From contig JBHHXT010000018.1 in NCBI GenBank assembly GCA_046757165.1, forward strand, positions 1-47,546: a stretch of DNA of 47,546 nucleotides, read 5' to 3'. How positions within the stretch are numbered: position 1 is the stretch's first letter; each line of letters opens with the position of its first letter. Made by a program: the position numbers and the translations under genes. The notes under the pieces were generated by a model, which did no database searches, was not told the origin of the DNA, and saw only the letters and a list, made by a program, of their open reading frames with translations. The stretch is from a bacterium. Lineage in GTDB: Bacteria; Zhuqueibacterota; Zhuqueibacteria; Oceanimicrobiales; Oceanimicrobiaceae. Positions 28,870-36,967 of this stretch are shown here, one piece after another.

Positions 28870-30066
28870 TCAGTAGGATGGCAAGTTTTTGCCCCAATTC
28901 AAAACGTTGTACTTCTTGCAAATCTTGACGACCTGGTCAATCGGAATGGCCTCCATCATGTGACCCTCTCTGCCACTGACTGTGGTCGCTTTCAGCAAGG
29001 AGTTCAGAATGGCCTCTTGTGTGGCCTCGACGACGGCAAGAAAGAGCTGAGAAAGCTGGTCGTTGTTGAGTCGCTCGGTTCTGCTGATGGGTGAGCCTGC
29101 GTCGTGTTTGATGAGATTGCGGGTATGATTCGAGAAAGCGATAACATAGTCTCCGCTGCCGTTCGAAGAGAAAGCACCGGTTTTGGCGAGCGCTAAATAG
29201 GCTCGTTTTGCCAGCCGCTCGAGATTTCTCGAGGATAATGGCGCATCGGTTGCAACGATGATCATGCACGAGCCATCCCCATCGGCATAGTGAAGTTTGT
29301 CGGCATAGGCGGTGCGGCCGAGCTCTCTACCGACCGGCGCACCGTTGATTTCAAGAATGCCGTTGTAGTTGGTTTGTACAACAACGCCGACGGTGTACCC
29401 ACCGGTGGCAGCAGGCAAAACCCGCGAAGAAGTGCCGATGCCACCTTTGAATCCTAAGCAAAGCGTTCCAGTTCCAGCCCCAACAGAGCCTTCCTCGACT
29501 GGCCCGGAGTGGGCCTGGTCTATGGCCTGAAATACGTGCTCCGCGGTCACCGCTCGGGCCTGAATGTTGTTCAGCCAGCCATCGTTCGTTTCCCCAACGA
29601 CCGGGTTGATTGAGCGAAGAGTGTGGTTCTGGTCTAGCTGCAGCATGTAGTCAATCAAGGCATCGGCGACTTTTGGCACGTTGAGCGTATTGGTTAGCAG
29701 GATAGGAGTTTCGATGTTACCAAGCTCCTCCACCTGGGTAGAGCCCATTAATTTGCCAAATCCGTTGCCCACGTAAATGGCTGCCGGCACCTTATCTTGA
29801 AAAAGATTGCCAGAGTGCGGAAGAACAGCCGTGACACCGGTTCGAATATCCGTGTCCGCAATAACGGTCGCGTGGCCGACCTTGACGCCGGGCACATCCG
29901 TAATAGCGTTCCATTTACCGGGTCGCAGGACGCCAATCTCGATGCCGATATCGCGTGCTCGCGGGCGATGGTCCTCGCGCGCGTGCGATGAATTGAGAGC
30001 TGCCATGACAGCGATTACCACAAAAATGGACCTGTTCGCAGGCAGATGCTTAGGATCTGAAGCCAT
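28870..30066 (-). CDS. DmpA/BapA-like P1 (S58) aminopeptidase
   Basis: RARDIG, NAITDVPGVKVGH, NGFGK, PVVGETNDG, EGSVGAGTG, KGGIGTSSR, autocleavage DG|SC..ATDAP, SNGSGD. Confidence 0.9.
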   Translation of the reverse strand: MASDPKHLPANRSIFVVIAVMAALNSSHAREDHRPRARDIGIEIGVLRPGKWNAITDVPGVKVGHATVIADTDIRTGVTAVLPHSGNLFQDKVPAAIYVGNGFGKLMGSTQVEELGNIETPILLTNTLNVPKVADALIDYMLQLDQNHTLRSINPVVGETNDGWLNNIQARAVTAEHVFQAIDQAHSGPVEEGSVGAGTGTLCLGFKGGIGTSSRVLPAATGGYTVGVVVQTNYNGILEINGAPVGRELGRTAYADKLHYADGDGSCMIIVATDAPLSSRNLERLAKRAYLALAKTGAFSSNGSGDYVIAFSNHTRNLIKHDAGSPISRTERLNNDQLSQLFLAVVEATQEAILNSLLKATTVSGREGHMMEAIPIDQVVKICKKYNVLNWGKNLPSY

Positions 30067-30097
30067 GAGCCGATAAAGAGTGTTAACTTATCGCACC

Positions 30098-30126
30098 AAC
30101 TTAACAATTTGCCTGATCAAAATCAA
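30098..30126 (-). promoter_or_regulatory. sigma70-type promoter of the DmpA-nfeD-slipin operon
   Basis: Minus strand TTGATT-N17-TAAGTT with an extended TG. Confidence 0.5.
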
Positions 30127-30192
30127 TGAGTTTTTGAATAACAACGAAAGGATCTCGATGCCAAGGTTCCTGAAAAATGCTTCATTTTATCC

Positions 30193-30221
30193 TTGACTTT
30201 TTACGGTAATTTTGCTAAACT
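30193..30221 (+). promoter_or_regulatory. sigma70-type promoter of the 6S RNA
   Basis: TTGACT (30193-30198), 17-bp spacer, TG-n-TAAACT (30216-30221). Confidence 0.7.
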
Positions 30222-30232
30222 CGGTGCAGTTG

Positions 30233-30412
30233 AAATCCCTGTAGATTTCAGTGTGGCTAAAATCAAAGAGCGAATAACTATCAAATGGGAACTTAGCTCT
30301 GGTCGTGTATTGCATGCCTCAACTGATCAGTTAGTGGACGCAAAAAACGTTCAGGCGGTGCCCACCGTGTTTGACGCGGTTCTTTGATTTCCACACCGAA
30401 ATACAGGGATTT
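30233..30412 (+). ncRNA. ssrS: 6S RNA
   Basis: About 180-nt rod: AAATCCCTGTA pairs with TACAGGGATTT, GTGTGG with CCACAC, AAATCAAAGAGC with GTTCTTTGATTT; central bubble; GGCGGTGCCCACC motif; promoter upstream and U-tract at the end. Confidence 0.85.
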
Positions 30413-30443
30413 TTTATTTGGTGCCACTCCCTAAGACTGAAAG

Positions 30444-30471
30444 AAAAGGCTCTCCTGTGAGAGCCTTTTTT
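30444..30471. terminator. Bidirectional intrinsic terminator between the 6S RNA and the FN3 gene
   Basis: AAAAGGCTCTC-CTGT-GAGAGCCTTTTTT. Confidence 0.8.
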
Positions 30472-30514
30472 GATTTGGGAAAACAATGAGGTCAGATAGG
30501 GTTGCCGTCTTGCT

Positions 30515-30868
30515 TCATTCTGATACGATCTGGATTTTGACGTTTACCGGCCGAGCGGGTGGGTCGCTATCTCTGGGTTCAGGGATCAATATGGATACTT
30601 CTTGCGAGAAATCCGACTCGTTTCCTGACTGGTCATAGGCGGTCACCGCAAAGAAATATGTCGTGCCTCTGTCCAGATTACTGATATCGACTTCGGTGGC
30701 ATTGCCAGGGTTCACCGTAGTGGTGTAGTTCCTGGACTGTTGACCGTAGTAGATCTTGTAACCGGCCAAGTCTGGTTCCTGATTTGCATCCCATATTACT
30801 CTTATTGTCGCATCCTGAGCAAGCGCTGAGCTTACAAGAAAAAGACTAAGAACAAAATACTTGAACAT
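30515..30868 (-). CDS. Small secreted fibronectin type III domain protein
   Basis: Signal peptide MFKYFVLSLFLVSSALA; WDAN.EPDLAGYKIYYG...L..GTTYFFAVTAYD.SGNES; RBS GGAGGT. Confidence 0.85.
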   Translation of the reverse strand: MFKYFVLSLFLVSSALAQDATIRVIWDANQEPDLAGYKIYYGQQSRNYTTTVNPGNATEVDISNLDRGTTYFFAVTAYDQSGNESDFSQEVSILIPEPRDSDPPARPVNVKIQIVSE

Positions 30869-30961
30869 GACAACCTCCATTGTTCGAGTTCTTTTGTTTT
30901 TCAAAAGGTCCATGCGGTGACTTAAGAAAGCTCGCATGACCCTCATGAATCCCGGTGTACA

Positions 30962-30988
30962 GTATCGGTCGCCTGGCCATCATCTTGA
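30962..30988 (-). promoter_or_regulatory. sigma28(FliA)-like promoter of the FN3 gene
   Basis: Minus strand TCAAG-N14-ACCGATAC about 95 nt upstream of the start codon. Confidence 0.55.
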
Positions 30989-31074
30989 TCACTATTAAGC
31001 TTGATCTTTTCCAAAAATATGCTTTTTTTGTAAAGAATTCACGTGGAAGTATGTAGGCACAATCATGGAGCGAT

Positions 31075-32400
31075 ATGAATCACAATGGAAAGTCTAGGTC
31101 ATTCTTTCAGGAAGAGGAGGTCAGGTACCGGTCTTACACACTAGCGAATTTCCAAAGCATCCCTCAGATTCGGAGACTCTCGCCGCGACAACAATTTGAG
31201 CTTGAAGTCGTTGCACATGTTTTTCCGTTCAAGACAAACAGCTACGTGGTCAATGAGCTGATCAATTGGCAGGATGTGCCAGATGATCCTATTTTTGTGC
31301 TGACCTTTCCGCAGCGCGGGATGCTCACACCGCACCATTTCGAAGAAATGGCCACCACCCTCAGGTCAACATCTGACAGACAACGGATCCGAGAGACGGC
31401 AAACAGGATTAGAATGGAGCTCAATCCACATCCTGCCGGTCAGTGGGAACATAATGTCCCCCAATTGGACGGCCAGAGACTGTCAGGAATTCAGCACAAA
31501 TACGGGCAGACCGTTTTGTTCTTTCCCAGCCAGGGTCAGACCTGCCACGCTTACTGCTCTTTCTGTTTTCGGTGGCCACAATTTGTGCGTCTGGATGGAC
31601 GAAAGTTCGCTATGACAGAAGCTGAACTATTGGTGGCGTATTTGCGCGAGCACAGTGAGGTCACGGATGTCCTGTTCACGGGCGGTGATCCGATGGTGAT
31701 GAAAGCAAAAATTTTGAAGCGGTACGTTGAGCCGCTACTGGCGGCAAACCTGAAGAGTCACCAGACCATCCGAATCGGGACCAAGTCCTTGAGTTTCTGG
31801 CCGTACAGATTTCTTTTGGGTGAGGAGGCCGAGGAAACTCTGGACCTTTTCCGGCAGATCGTGCGTTGCGGGAAGCATCTGGCGATCATGGCCCATTTCT
31901 CCCACCCACTTGAATTGAAGACCAAAGCCGTGCAGATGGCCATTCGAAGGATTCGCAAAACCGGCGCTGAAATTAGAACCCAGTCGCCCGTTCTACGCCA
32001 TATCAATGACGATGCCGATGTTTGGGCTCGAATGTGGCAGAAGCAGGTGCAGCTTGGCTGTGTCCCGTATTACATGTTTTTAGTGCGAGATACTGGCGCA
32101 CAAAACTTTTTTGGCATTCCCCTGGTGCGTGCGTACCGCATTTATCGCGAGGCCTATCAAAAAGTGAGCGGCCTGGCCAGGACGGTGCGTGGACCGAGTA
32201 TGTCCGCTGATCCGGGGAAAATTCAGGTGCTGGGCGTCAGAGAGATAAACGGCGAGAAAGTGATGGTGCTGAACATGCTGCAGGCCCGCAAGTTGGAGCT
32301 GGCGATGCAGCCATTCTTCGCAAAATACAACAGGCATGCCATGTGGATCGACGATCTCGAGCCTGCCTTGGGGGCGAAAAAGTTCATTTTCGAGGAATGA
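31075..32400 (+). CDS. KamA-family radical SAM protein (lysine 2,3-aminomutase-like)
   Basis: HKY, CHAYCSFCFR (CxxxCxxC), DVLFTGGDP, IRIGTK, HFSHP.E, QSPVLRHIND, PYY; candidate PLP lysine in DPGK. Confidence 0.88.
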   Translation: MNHNGKSRSFFQEEEVRYRSYTLANFQSIPQIRRLSPRQQFELEVVAHVFPFKTNSYVVNELINWQDVPDDPIFVLTFPQRGMLTPHHFEEMATTLRSTSDRQRIRETANRIRMELNPHPAGQWEHNVPQLDGQRLSGIQHKYGQTVLFFPSQGQTCHAYCSFCFRWPQFVRLDGRKFAMTEAELLVAYLREHSEVTDVLFTGGDPMVMKAKILKRYVEPLLAANLKSHQTIRIGTKSLSFWPYRFLLGEEAEETLDLFRQIVRCGKHLAIMAHFSHPLELKTKAVQMAIRRIRKTGAEIRTQSPVLRHINDDADVWARMWQKQVQLGCVPYYMFLVRDTGAQNFFGIPLVRAYRIYREAYQKVSGLARTVRGPSMSADPGKIQVLGVREINGEKVMVLNMLQARKLELAMQPFFAKYNRHAMWIDDLEPALGAKKFIFEE

Positions 32401-32405
32401 CGGTG

Positions 32406-33704
32406 CTAATCGTGCAGCCACTCGCAGAGAACGTCGATGGCGGAGACCAGGTGGCTACAGCTCGAATTCAGACATTCAAGGCCAAAATTCTTGCTCGCTG
32501 GAATCCTCTGTGCTTGCTCGAGCGCTTTCTTGCCGTCGAAATCCACATAAGCCAGGCGAGCAGTGAGTTCTTCCGGGGGCCTGCCAAACACCTCCCCGGG
32601 CAGAATGGCCACGCCCGTGTCCTCGAGCAACCGGTTACAAAGCTCTGCGCTGGTGGTGATGCCTCGCGCGCGTAGCTTGTCCTTGAACGGACTAAAATCC
32701 GGAAACAGGTAGAATGCCCCTTTGGGTTCCTGCAGCCAGACGCCGGCATCGGACATCTTTTGTGCAATGAGACGCCCAAGCGTCCGCAGGATGCGTCTGG
32801 AATGAAGTAAGTAAGTGTCGATCTCTTTGCACCCGTTGAATGCACACACAGCCGCGTACTGCACGGGTGCGCTCGTGGCAGTGTAGGTTTCACTGGCGAC
32901 AACGGCCAGGGCTTCCAGAAGCCACCGCAACGGGCGTGGGAAGATGAAGGTCCCAAGACGCCAACCGCCAGCACCACACCATTTGCTCAAGCCCCCGCTG
33001 ATGATGGTTCCTTCCGGATAGAAGCGTGCGATGGAGACATGTTGTCCCTTATGGTGCAGGGCACCATAGATTTCATCGGAGAGCAGAATGACGCGGTATT
33101 TTCTCGCCGTTTGCGCCAGGGCTTTCAACTCATCGAGGCGGTAAGTCCCTCCACTGGGGTTGTTCGGGTAGTTCAGAACAATGATGCGAGGACGATTCGG
33201 GTCTGCCAGGCAGAGTTTTTCGATATCCTCGGGGGTCAGCCGCCAGCCGTTGACCGCGTAAGTCGGCAGCCAGCGAATATGTCTGCCGATGATATTGGCT
33301 TGCGGCGCATACGAGACCCAGCTCGGCGTCGCAATGACCAGATCCCCGTAGTACACAAGCTGGAGCAAGAACATGAGCTCTTTGGAGCCCGGGCCAATGA
33401 GCACATCCTCGGCATCGTACTCGATGCCTTCGGTGCGCCGATGGTATTGCGCCACCGACTCTCTCAACTCTGACAGACCCTTGACCGGCAAATAATCCTT
33501 TTGGTGTGCGTTGTCCCGAAGCGATTGCACCACGGGTTCGGGGACCGGAAAGGGAGACTGGCCCAGACCCAGTTTGTAAACGCGGCGGCCTTCCTTAATC
33601 AGTTTCTTGCTGTGCTCATTGATAAGCAAGGTTGCGGATTGTGGCAGACCGCGGACGTTCAGGTTCAAATTGACTTCGGGGTGGGACGATTTCTTGATTC
33701 TCAT
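32406..33704 (-). CDS. PLP-dependent aminotransferase class I/II
   Basis: LGLGQSPF, PGSKE, PSWVSY, NYPNNPSG, SDEIY, GLSKWCGAGGWRLG, GAFY. Confidence 0.9.
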   Translation of the reverse strand: MRIKKSSHPEVNLNLNVRGLPQSATLLINEHSKKLIKEGRRVYKLGLGQSPFPVPEPVVQSLRDNAHQKDYLPVKGLSELRESVAQYHRRTEGIEYDAEDVLIGPGSKELMFLLQLVYYGDLVIATPSWVSYAPQANIIGRHIRWLPTYAVNGWRLTPEDIEKLCLADPNRPRIIVLNYPNNPSGGTYRLDELKALAQTARKYRVILLSDEIYGALHHKGQHVSIARFYPEGTIISGGLSKWCGAGGWRLGTFIFPRPLRWLLEALAVVASETYTATSAPVQYAAVCAFNGCKEIDTYLLHSRRILRTLGRLIAQKMSDAGVWLQEPKGAFYLFPDFSPFKDKLRARGITTSAELCNRLLEDTGVAILPGEVFGRPPEELTARLAYVDFDGKKALEQAQRIPASKNFGLECLNSSCSHLVSAIDVLCEWLHD

Positions 33705-33731
33705 AGCCGTAACTGGTTGAAATAATTGGTA

Positions 33732-33760
33732 ATCGTACAAAAACAATGTGCCAAAAGCAA
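33732..33760 (-). promoter_or_regulatory. sigma70-type promoter of the aminotransferase gene
   Basis: Minus strand TTGCTT-N17-TACGAT. Confidence 0.5.
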
Positions 33761-33832
33761 GCAAAAAGTTTTCAGATTGTCACTAAACTCAAATAACCTC
33801 GGTTACGGCTATTTACATCCCAATTTTTGCTT

Positions 33833-34747
33833 TTAGTTCAGAATATTTTGACTTAATGACACCGGCTGCTGCAAGATTGTAAACCCGTTGGCAACCTCTG
33901 AGGTTTGCAGGGTGTCGTTATCCTGAATTCTGATGACCAGGGAGTATTCTCCCGCCTCAAACTGGCTCACCCGAAAGCGGAGACTGTGAGCTGCTGAGGT
34001 ACTCGCCTTGCCCCGGTCTCGTTTCAGCTCTGCGATGGTATTGCCGTCCCTGTCCAGAAATAAGTAAGAAACCGTGTACGTTTGTTGCCCATCCGGCTGC
34101 GGCACTGCCAGGTTGTAGATCTCGAAGTAAACGAAAAGATGCTCAGATAACTCGCGTGCAAAAATCTTTAGGGGATTTGGCTCGATGTAGCGCTGATTCT
34201 TGACGTACGCTTCACCTTCGGCAGCGGGGGTGATTTTCTGGCTAAATTGGATGTCGCTGATGAGCAGATCGTTGTTGCCGAAGTTCTTGGGGGTGAAGTC
34301 TTGTTCGATTCGGGTCGAGTAGCGTGTTTCGAGGTCACGAAGCTCCGCCTTGACTCGATGCAGGGTCGCATCAATCGTGAATCCAAAGAGACAGACTCGC
34401 GCTTTGCTTGGCGAGATTGTCTCCTCAAAAGTCGCAACATCTACGACATCGTGGATGGTCTCACGTTCTAATTCTTTGTCGTTCGCATCCAGAAGGCGCA
34501 ATTGCAGAACATATTCAGCCCGGAAGTGATTTCGGGTCTTGATGAACTGTAATTCATCGTAGGGGACCTGTAAGTAGAACTCAACGTACGTTTTCTGGTC
34601 CAGACCTCTGAAATTGGCATAATCGACAAAGAAATGTGGGCCTTCTCCAGTCGAGAGTAAAGGGGGTTGCGTGGTGGTTGCAGTGCGCCCAAAAGAACAC
34701 AGCGCCAGAGCCATCATGGCGGCGAGCATTGCAGTCCTTGCTTTCAT
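33833..34747 (-). CDS. Secreted beta-sandwich protein resembling the N-terminal part of GWxTD-domain proteins
   Basis: Signal peptide; FFVDYANF, YDELQFIK, LLISDIQF, PNP...VYFEIYNL, GEYSLVIRIQD; RBS AGGAGG; no GWxTD motif present. Confidence 0.6.
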   Translation of the reverse strand: MKARTAMLAAMMALALCSFGRTATTTQPPLLSTGEGPHFFVDYANFRGLDQKTYVEFYLQVPYDELQFIKTRNHFRAEYVLQLRLLDANDKELERETIHDVVDVATFEETISPSKARVCLFGFTIDATLHRVKAELRDLETRYSTRIEQDFTPKNFGNNDLLISDIQFSQKITPAAEGEAYVKNQRYIEPNPLKIFARELSEHLFVYFEIYNLAVPQPDGQQTYTVSYLFLDRDGNTIAELKRDRGKASTSAAHSLRFRVSQFEAGEYSLVIRIQDNDTLQTSEVANGFTILQQPVSLSQNILN

Positions 34748-35001
34748 GATTCCTCCTTGAATTTGATAAGGTTCAAAAGTATATTTTATTTAATAAAGAG
34801 TTATGTATCTCTCAAATTGTCTCTCCTCTTTTGTCACAAGTTGCAAGCAGTTACATTCAAAAGGGGTATCGTGAAGAGAAGTAAGAAATAAATATTCCGC
34901 AATATTTTTTCACGGCTTCCTGGTTGCATCAAAGGGTTGCAGGGATATTCTGTTGCAACTATGGTACCAATCATGGAGTTGATGCGGAAGTTTATTCAAT
35001 C

Positions 35002-36819
35002 TCAGGGAAACAAGAGAAGCTTTTGCGTGAGTGCGAGCCCCCGGGATGAGAGCCGATAAAAGTAGACGCCGGGGGGGAGGTCTCGTGGTGCAAAACTGGC
35101 CACATGGTCGCCTTCCGGCATCCTGGTGTGTAGAATGGTAACAACTTTCTGTCCTCTGATATTAAACAGCTCCACTTTGATTTCGGCTGCCGTTTCTAAT
35201 GTAAAGGGAATTCTGACTTCAATGGCTGTGGCGGAGGCTGTCTGTGAGAATGGATTGGGATAGCTCTGATGCAGCCTGAACCGGGTTGGCAGGGGAGGCG
35301 TGGTTATGGTAGTCGGCGTTGCCGGGTTCTCGAACAGAACAAGGTGGTTGTCGAGCTCATCGATGCCAGTCATGTCCAGGTCGCCGTCACGGTCACGGTC
35401 GTGCAATACGGCACAGGAGCCAGCAGCGCTGGTCAAGAAGGTCTTAGGGTTTGAAAAGTGGCCGCGGCCATCGTTTTCGTAGAGCGTCCAGCTTCGAGAG
35501 GCGAAGTTACTGGTGACAACATCCAGGTCATGATCTCCATCCAGGTCACCGACATCGATTGCCAGGGGAAAGAGACCCACATCGTAGAGCCGGGGGGAGC
35601 TCAACCGGCCGTGACCATCTCCCCGTAGGAGCGCAAACTGGTTTTGGTGCGAGTTGGCTGACACAACGTCGACATGGCCGTCAGCGTCCATATCTCCCAG
35701 GGCCAACATCCAACAATCACCGCCAGCGCGAGTTTTTGAAAAACGTTGCAGGCGGCCACGGCCGTCCCCGAGCAGAATCACAATGTCGCCTGAGGGGTGA
35801 GCCTCCCCCAGGCCCAAACTGTAGCTTCCGACTGCGACATCCAGGATCCCATCCTCGTTGAAGTCCGCTGCCGCACAAGCCGTTTCTCTTTCTGTTCCCG
35901 TGTCCTGATTCCGGGCTGGCAAGAATTGACCATCGCCCCGGTTTATCAAACTGGAGATGGTGCCATCGGTGCGATTGGCGGTCACGATGTCCGTGGCACC
36001 ATCGCCGTCCAGGTCTATTACGGCCAGCCCGCGCGTTCCGGCGCCGACGGGATACGTTCTGCGCGCAACGAAATGGCCGGCGCCATCGCCCATGAATACT
36101 GTAACAGAATTGCCGTCTATGTTGCCACAGGCGAAGTCGATGAAGCCGTCGCCGTCGAAGTCTGCGCCCTCGTTGGTGCTGGGCTTCGAGTTCTTTGGCA
36201 GATCATAACGGGTGAACGATGCGTAGTTTCCCCGACCGTCATTGAGAAAGACCCGCACATCGCTGGCGTCTTCGTTCGGCACCGTGAAATCATGAAAGCC
36301 GTCGCCGTTCAAATCGCCAGCATATGCGCCATAGGTGCGGATCGGGGCCTCGTCCGGGCGCTGAACTTTTATGGTGGACTTCCTGACTAATTGCAGCGAG
36401 CCGGCACGGGCAGCCGTCCAGAAATTCCAGGCATATCCCGTGGCCATTTTAGCGCCCCCGCTGCTTTCGATGCTGGTCGACAGAGACACGGTGATCCATT
36501 CGCCGGCAGAAAAAGATTTGGCCGGAGTGAACCGAATGCGTTGATTGCCGTTTTCGAGACTGAGTTGCCCGGGACAGACACCAGTCCAGCGGCCAAAGAC
36601 CTCAAATGAGCGGCCATCGACGCTTTGTGGGGCGACTGGTCTGTCAAAGTCCACAAAAATAGCCAGGCCCTCGCCCGGCACCATGCTTTGGGAAGCAGGA
36701 TGAACGCCGGTCACGCGGGGCCCATCCTGGAGGGCGGCCAAACTCGACCACGAGACCGCCAGAGCAATGGTGACCAGGGTGCGTATTCCGTTCGAGTTGG
36801 AAGTCTTGTTTGCGGACAT
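35002..36819 (-). CDS. Secreted FG-GAP/VCBS repeat protein with N-terminal Ig-like domain and C-terminal T9SS type A-like domain
   Basis: Seven D.D/NxDG..D Ca-binding repeats; Pro/Thr linker; QSYPNPF...FNIRGQKV...LPPGVYFYRL...KLLL. Confidence 0.85.
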   Translation of the reverse strand: MSANKTSNSNGIRTLVTIALAVSWSSLAALQDGPRVTGVHPASQSMVPGEGLAIFVDFDRPVAPQSVDGRSFEVFGRWTGVCPGQLSLENGNQRIRFTPAKSFSAGEWITVSLSTSIESSGGAKMATGYAWNFWTAARAGSLQLVRKSTIKVQRPDEAPIRTYGAYAGDLNGDGFHDFTVPNEDASDVRVFLNDGRGNYASFTRYDLPKNSKPSTNEGADFDGDGFIDFACGNIDGNSVTVFMGDGAGHFVARRTYPVGAGTRGLAVIDLDGDGATDIVTANRTDGTISSLINRGDGQFLPARNQDTGTERETACAAADFNEDGILDVAVGSYSLGLGEAHPSGDIVILLGDGRGRLQRFSKTRAGGDCWMLALGDMDADGHVDVVSANSHQNQFALLRGDGHGRLSSPRLYDVGLFPLAIDVGDLDGDHDLDVVTSNFASRSWTLYENDGRGHFSNPKTFLTSAAGSCAVLHDRDRDGDLDMTGIDELDNHLVLFENPATPTTITTPPLPTRFRLHQSYPNPFSQTASATAIEVRIPFTLETAAEIKVELFNIRGQKVVTILHTRMPEGDHVASFAPRDLPPGVYFYRLSSRGLALTQKLLLFP

Positions 36820-36967
36820 AGTTCAGCCTGTGAAAGATTATTGCCGGAGGGAAGTGACTGGTGGAATACAATTCGAACGCGCTCGTTATTCCCTCAGCCG
36901 GTCAACCACCCTGTAACTTTTTCACAAGGGGTGTCATCTTGTACATTATCCGAGCCAGGCAGGTGCG

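Noticed and set aside
30193..30387. 64-aa ORF
   Set aside because: It starts at the -35 box and overlaps the 6S RNA, which explains the region better.
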